NCBI RefSeq assembly: GCF_001194135.2
Contig: NC_069002.1
Span: forward strand, 25,860,854-25,894,028
Reading direction: 5' to 3'
Length of the DNA: 33,175 nucleotides
Source of the DNA: Octopus bimaculoides
Taxonomy: Eukaryota
The notes beneath the pieces were generated by a model. The model did not search any database. It was not told where the DNA came from and worked only from the letters and a program-made list of their open reading frames with translations. This document shows, one piece after another, positions 31,198 through 33,175 of this stretch. Each line of letters begins with the position of its first letter. The stretch's first letter is position 1. The translations under genes were made by a program, and so were the position numbers.

Positions 31198-31525
31198 ATC
31201 ATCATCATCGTTTAACGTCCGCTTTCCATGCTAGCATGGGTTGGAGGATTTGACTAAGGACTGGTGAAACCGGATGGCTACACCAGGCTCGAATCTAATT
31301 TGGCAGAGTTTCTACAGCTGGATGCCCTTCCTAACGCCAACCACTCAGAGAGTGTAGTGGGTGCTTTTACGTGTCACCCGCACGAAAACGGCCACGCTCG
31401 AAATGGTGTCTTTTATGTGCCACCCGCACAAGAGCCAGTCCAGGGGCACTGGCAACGATCTCGCTCGAAAACCCTACAAGGCCAGTCAGGCGGTACTGGC
31501 AACGGTCACGCTCAGGATGGTACAT
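31198..31525 (-). mobile_element. RTE-tail element with internal tandem units
   Basis: Reverse complement of the 11700-12009-type 3' UTR. It retains many CpGs, so it is probably younger. Confidence 0.85.
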
Positions 31526-32055
31526 CTAAACCTGCCTCTCAATATTTTCTAACTTCTATTTATTCTAAATCCTTTCAAAATTTCTCCCAGGTGTTACCCA
31601 TTACAATTTGTCTTGGCCTAACGGCCCTTAATGTCTGTCTTCATCGATTGTTTACTCTGTACATCTACTCTGGTGTTGTTTGTTCGTTCGAAGCCCTAAC
31701 TCTCCATAAATTTTATATATTAAAAATTTCTGGATGCTGCTGTCTTACGAAGTTTTCATATCTTGTCGTTGAAAGCACAAAACAGGGAGTAATAAACAGT
31801 CGACAACTGAGGAGGAGTTAGACTTCTTTTGGTATTTCGTCCAGTACTTAACTCTGTGTTTACTTAATGTGTATTTTTATTTATACATACACACACACAT
31901 ATATACATACATATATACACACACACACATATATATATATACCTACATATATATGTAGAATGTAGACAAGTAACACACGAGTTGATACATATAAGGAAAA
32001 TAAGACAAGGTAGAAAATGCTAAAATAATTTTATCATGAAAGACATTTTAGTACT

Positions 32056-32267
32056 GGTTTCTGTCTTTTAGACTTATTCAACTAGGAGTGAAATAAGAAA
32101 AACAATTAAATTGGATAAAAGAATTAAGTTTTTGTAGATAATTTCATAGTCTTTAAATAGGTAAATAGGTAAAATATCTACAAAGCATTTCACTTAATTT
32201 TTTTGCTCCAATTTAATTGTTTTTTCTTATTTTACTCTTCGTTGAAAAAGTCTAGAAGACAGAAACC
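32056..32267. repeat. ~210-bp inverted repeat with hammerhead-like ends (putative PLE pLTR pair)
   Basis: Arms 32056-32115 and 32207-32267 are reverse complements at high identity. Inner arms TTTGTAGATA/TATCTACAAA also pair. Confidence 0.8.
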
Positions 32268-32269
32268 GT

Positions 32270-32371
32270 GAAGTAAAGTGTCTTGTTCAAGAACACAACA
32301 CACAGCCCAGTCTGGGAATTGAACTCACTTCCTCACGTGCCCAACACTAACCACTGAGTCATGCACCTTCA
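32270..32371 (-). mobile_element. SINE family C 5' part
   Basis: Minus strand reads GTGAAGGTGCATGACTCAGTGGTTAG...GTGAGTTCAATTCCCAG...TTGAACAAGACACTT. Confidence 0.8.
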
Positions 32372-32432
32372 CATATGTTGACATATATACACATATATGT
32401 GTGCGTGTGTGTGTGTGTGTGTGTGTAACAGT

Positions 32433-32668
32433 TTTATTGCGTTGGCATCATGTGATAGTTGTAAACAAGTGTCAATGTCATACAAGCGATGTCATTTTTA
32501 GCTAAGCTGCCATGAAAACATGTCTGGCCATGGGTGAATACTATCTTGTTTAGAAATTGGTGACAGTTGGTAACAAGAAGGACATCAGGCCATTGAAAAT
32601 CTACCTCAAGAAAATTCTGTCCAAGACATGCAAGCTTGAAAAAGTGGATGTTAAATGAGGATGATGTC
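32433..32668 (+). mobile_element. RTE-tail SINE-like element (other subfamily)
   Basis: Ends AAGAAGGACATCAGGCC...CATGCAAGCTTGAAAAAGTGGATGTTAAATGAGGATGATG. Confidence 0.65.
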
Positions 32669-32764
32669 AAGCTAAGAGGGGAAAACAAGGGGCCAAGACT
32701 TCCGGTGGCTTGCAGTGCAGGAGAAGACAAACCAAGCTAAGTAAAACAGTGGTTGTCTTCAATA

Positions 32765-33059
32765 CAGGCATGTCCCCTAAATCCCTCTTCTGCTGAGCGA
32801 CCCTAATCTTGCGGGCTCAAGGGTGCTGGTGCCACGTAAAAAGCACCTGCTCCAGTGACACGTAAGAGCGCCCATGACAGTGCTGTGCAAAAGCACCCAG
32901 TAGCTCTGTAAAGTGGTTGGTGTTAGGATGGACATCCAGCCATAGAAACCATACCAAAACAGACATGGAACTCGGACAGCAATCCAGCTGACCACCTCCT
33001 GTCAAACTGTCCCAACCTATGCCAGCATGGAAAACCAGTGTTAGATGATGATGATGATG
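32765..33059 (+). mobile_element. RTE-tail element
   Basis: GTGCCACGTAAAAAGCACC units, AGTGGTTGGTGTTAGGATGGACATCCAGC, CAACCTATGCCAGCATGGAAAA...(GAT)n. Confidence 0.8.
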
Positions 33060-33066
33060 GAATGTA

Positions 33067-33096
<30 letters not shown>

Positions 33097-33097
<1 letters not shown>

Positions 33098-33175
33098 CCT
33101 TTAATTCTTTTATTCTTTTACTTGTTTCAGTCATTTGACTGTGGTCATGCTGGAGCACTGCCTTTAGTCGAGCAA
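33097..33175 (-). mobile_element. SINE family A 3' end (runs off window)
   Basis: CTTTTACTTGTTTCAGTCATTTGACTGTGGTCATGCTGGAGCACTGCCTTTAGTCGAGCAA, matching 25503-25575. Confidence 0.88.

Overview
This is eukaryotic, AT-rich, microsatellite-dense DNA with seven assembly gaps. It is almost entirely transposable-element debris. The SINE families and (TA)/(CA)/(AAT)/(GAT) tracts resemble octopus (cephalopod) genomes, which is an inference from recognition, not a database hit. There is no intact protein-coding gene, rRNA, true tRNA or CRISPR array. A near full-length, decayed L1/Tx1 LINE (~3.5-12.6 kb, +) hosts at least six nested insertions: a SINE, an RTE-tail element, a ribozyme-bearing SINE composite, a deleted Tc1, a Helentron-type HINE and an RTE LINE. 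Further along are a deleted Helitron, three Dong/R4-clade fragments in (TAA)n tracts, a tandem piggyBac-type MITE array, a Penelope-like (PLE) GIY-YIG fragment and many SINEs. The main finding is a short element made of a tRNA-like Pol III head, an (AAT)n tract and a tail containing a minimal PLE-type hammerhead ribozyme. It occurs at two loci, each as a head-to-head inverted pair bounded by a 12-14 bp target-site duplication and carrying foreign DNA in the (AAT)n tract. This suggests a Penelope-mobilised, ribozyme-containing SINE. Other PLE-type hammerhead-like repeats lie at 0.75-1.54 kb, 26.15 kb and 32.1-32.3 kb. A few minus-strand splice-site-like segments may be host exons but are unconfirmed.
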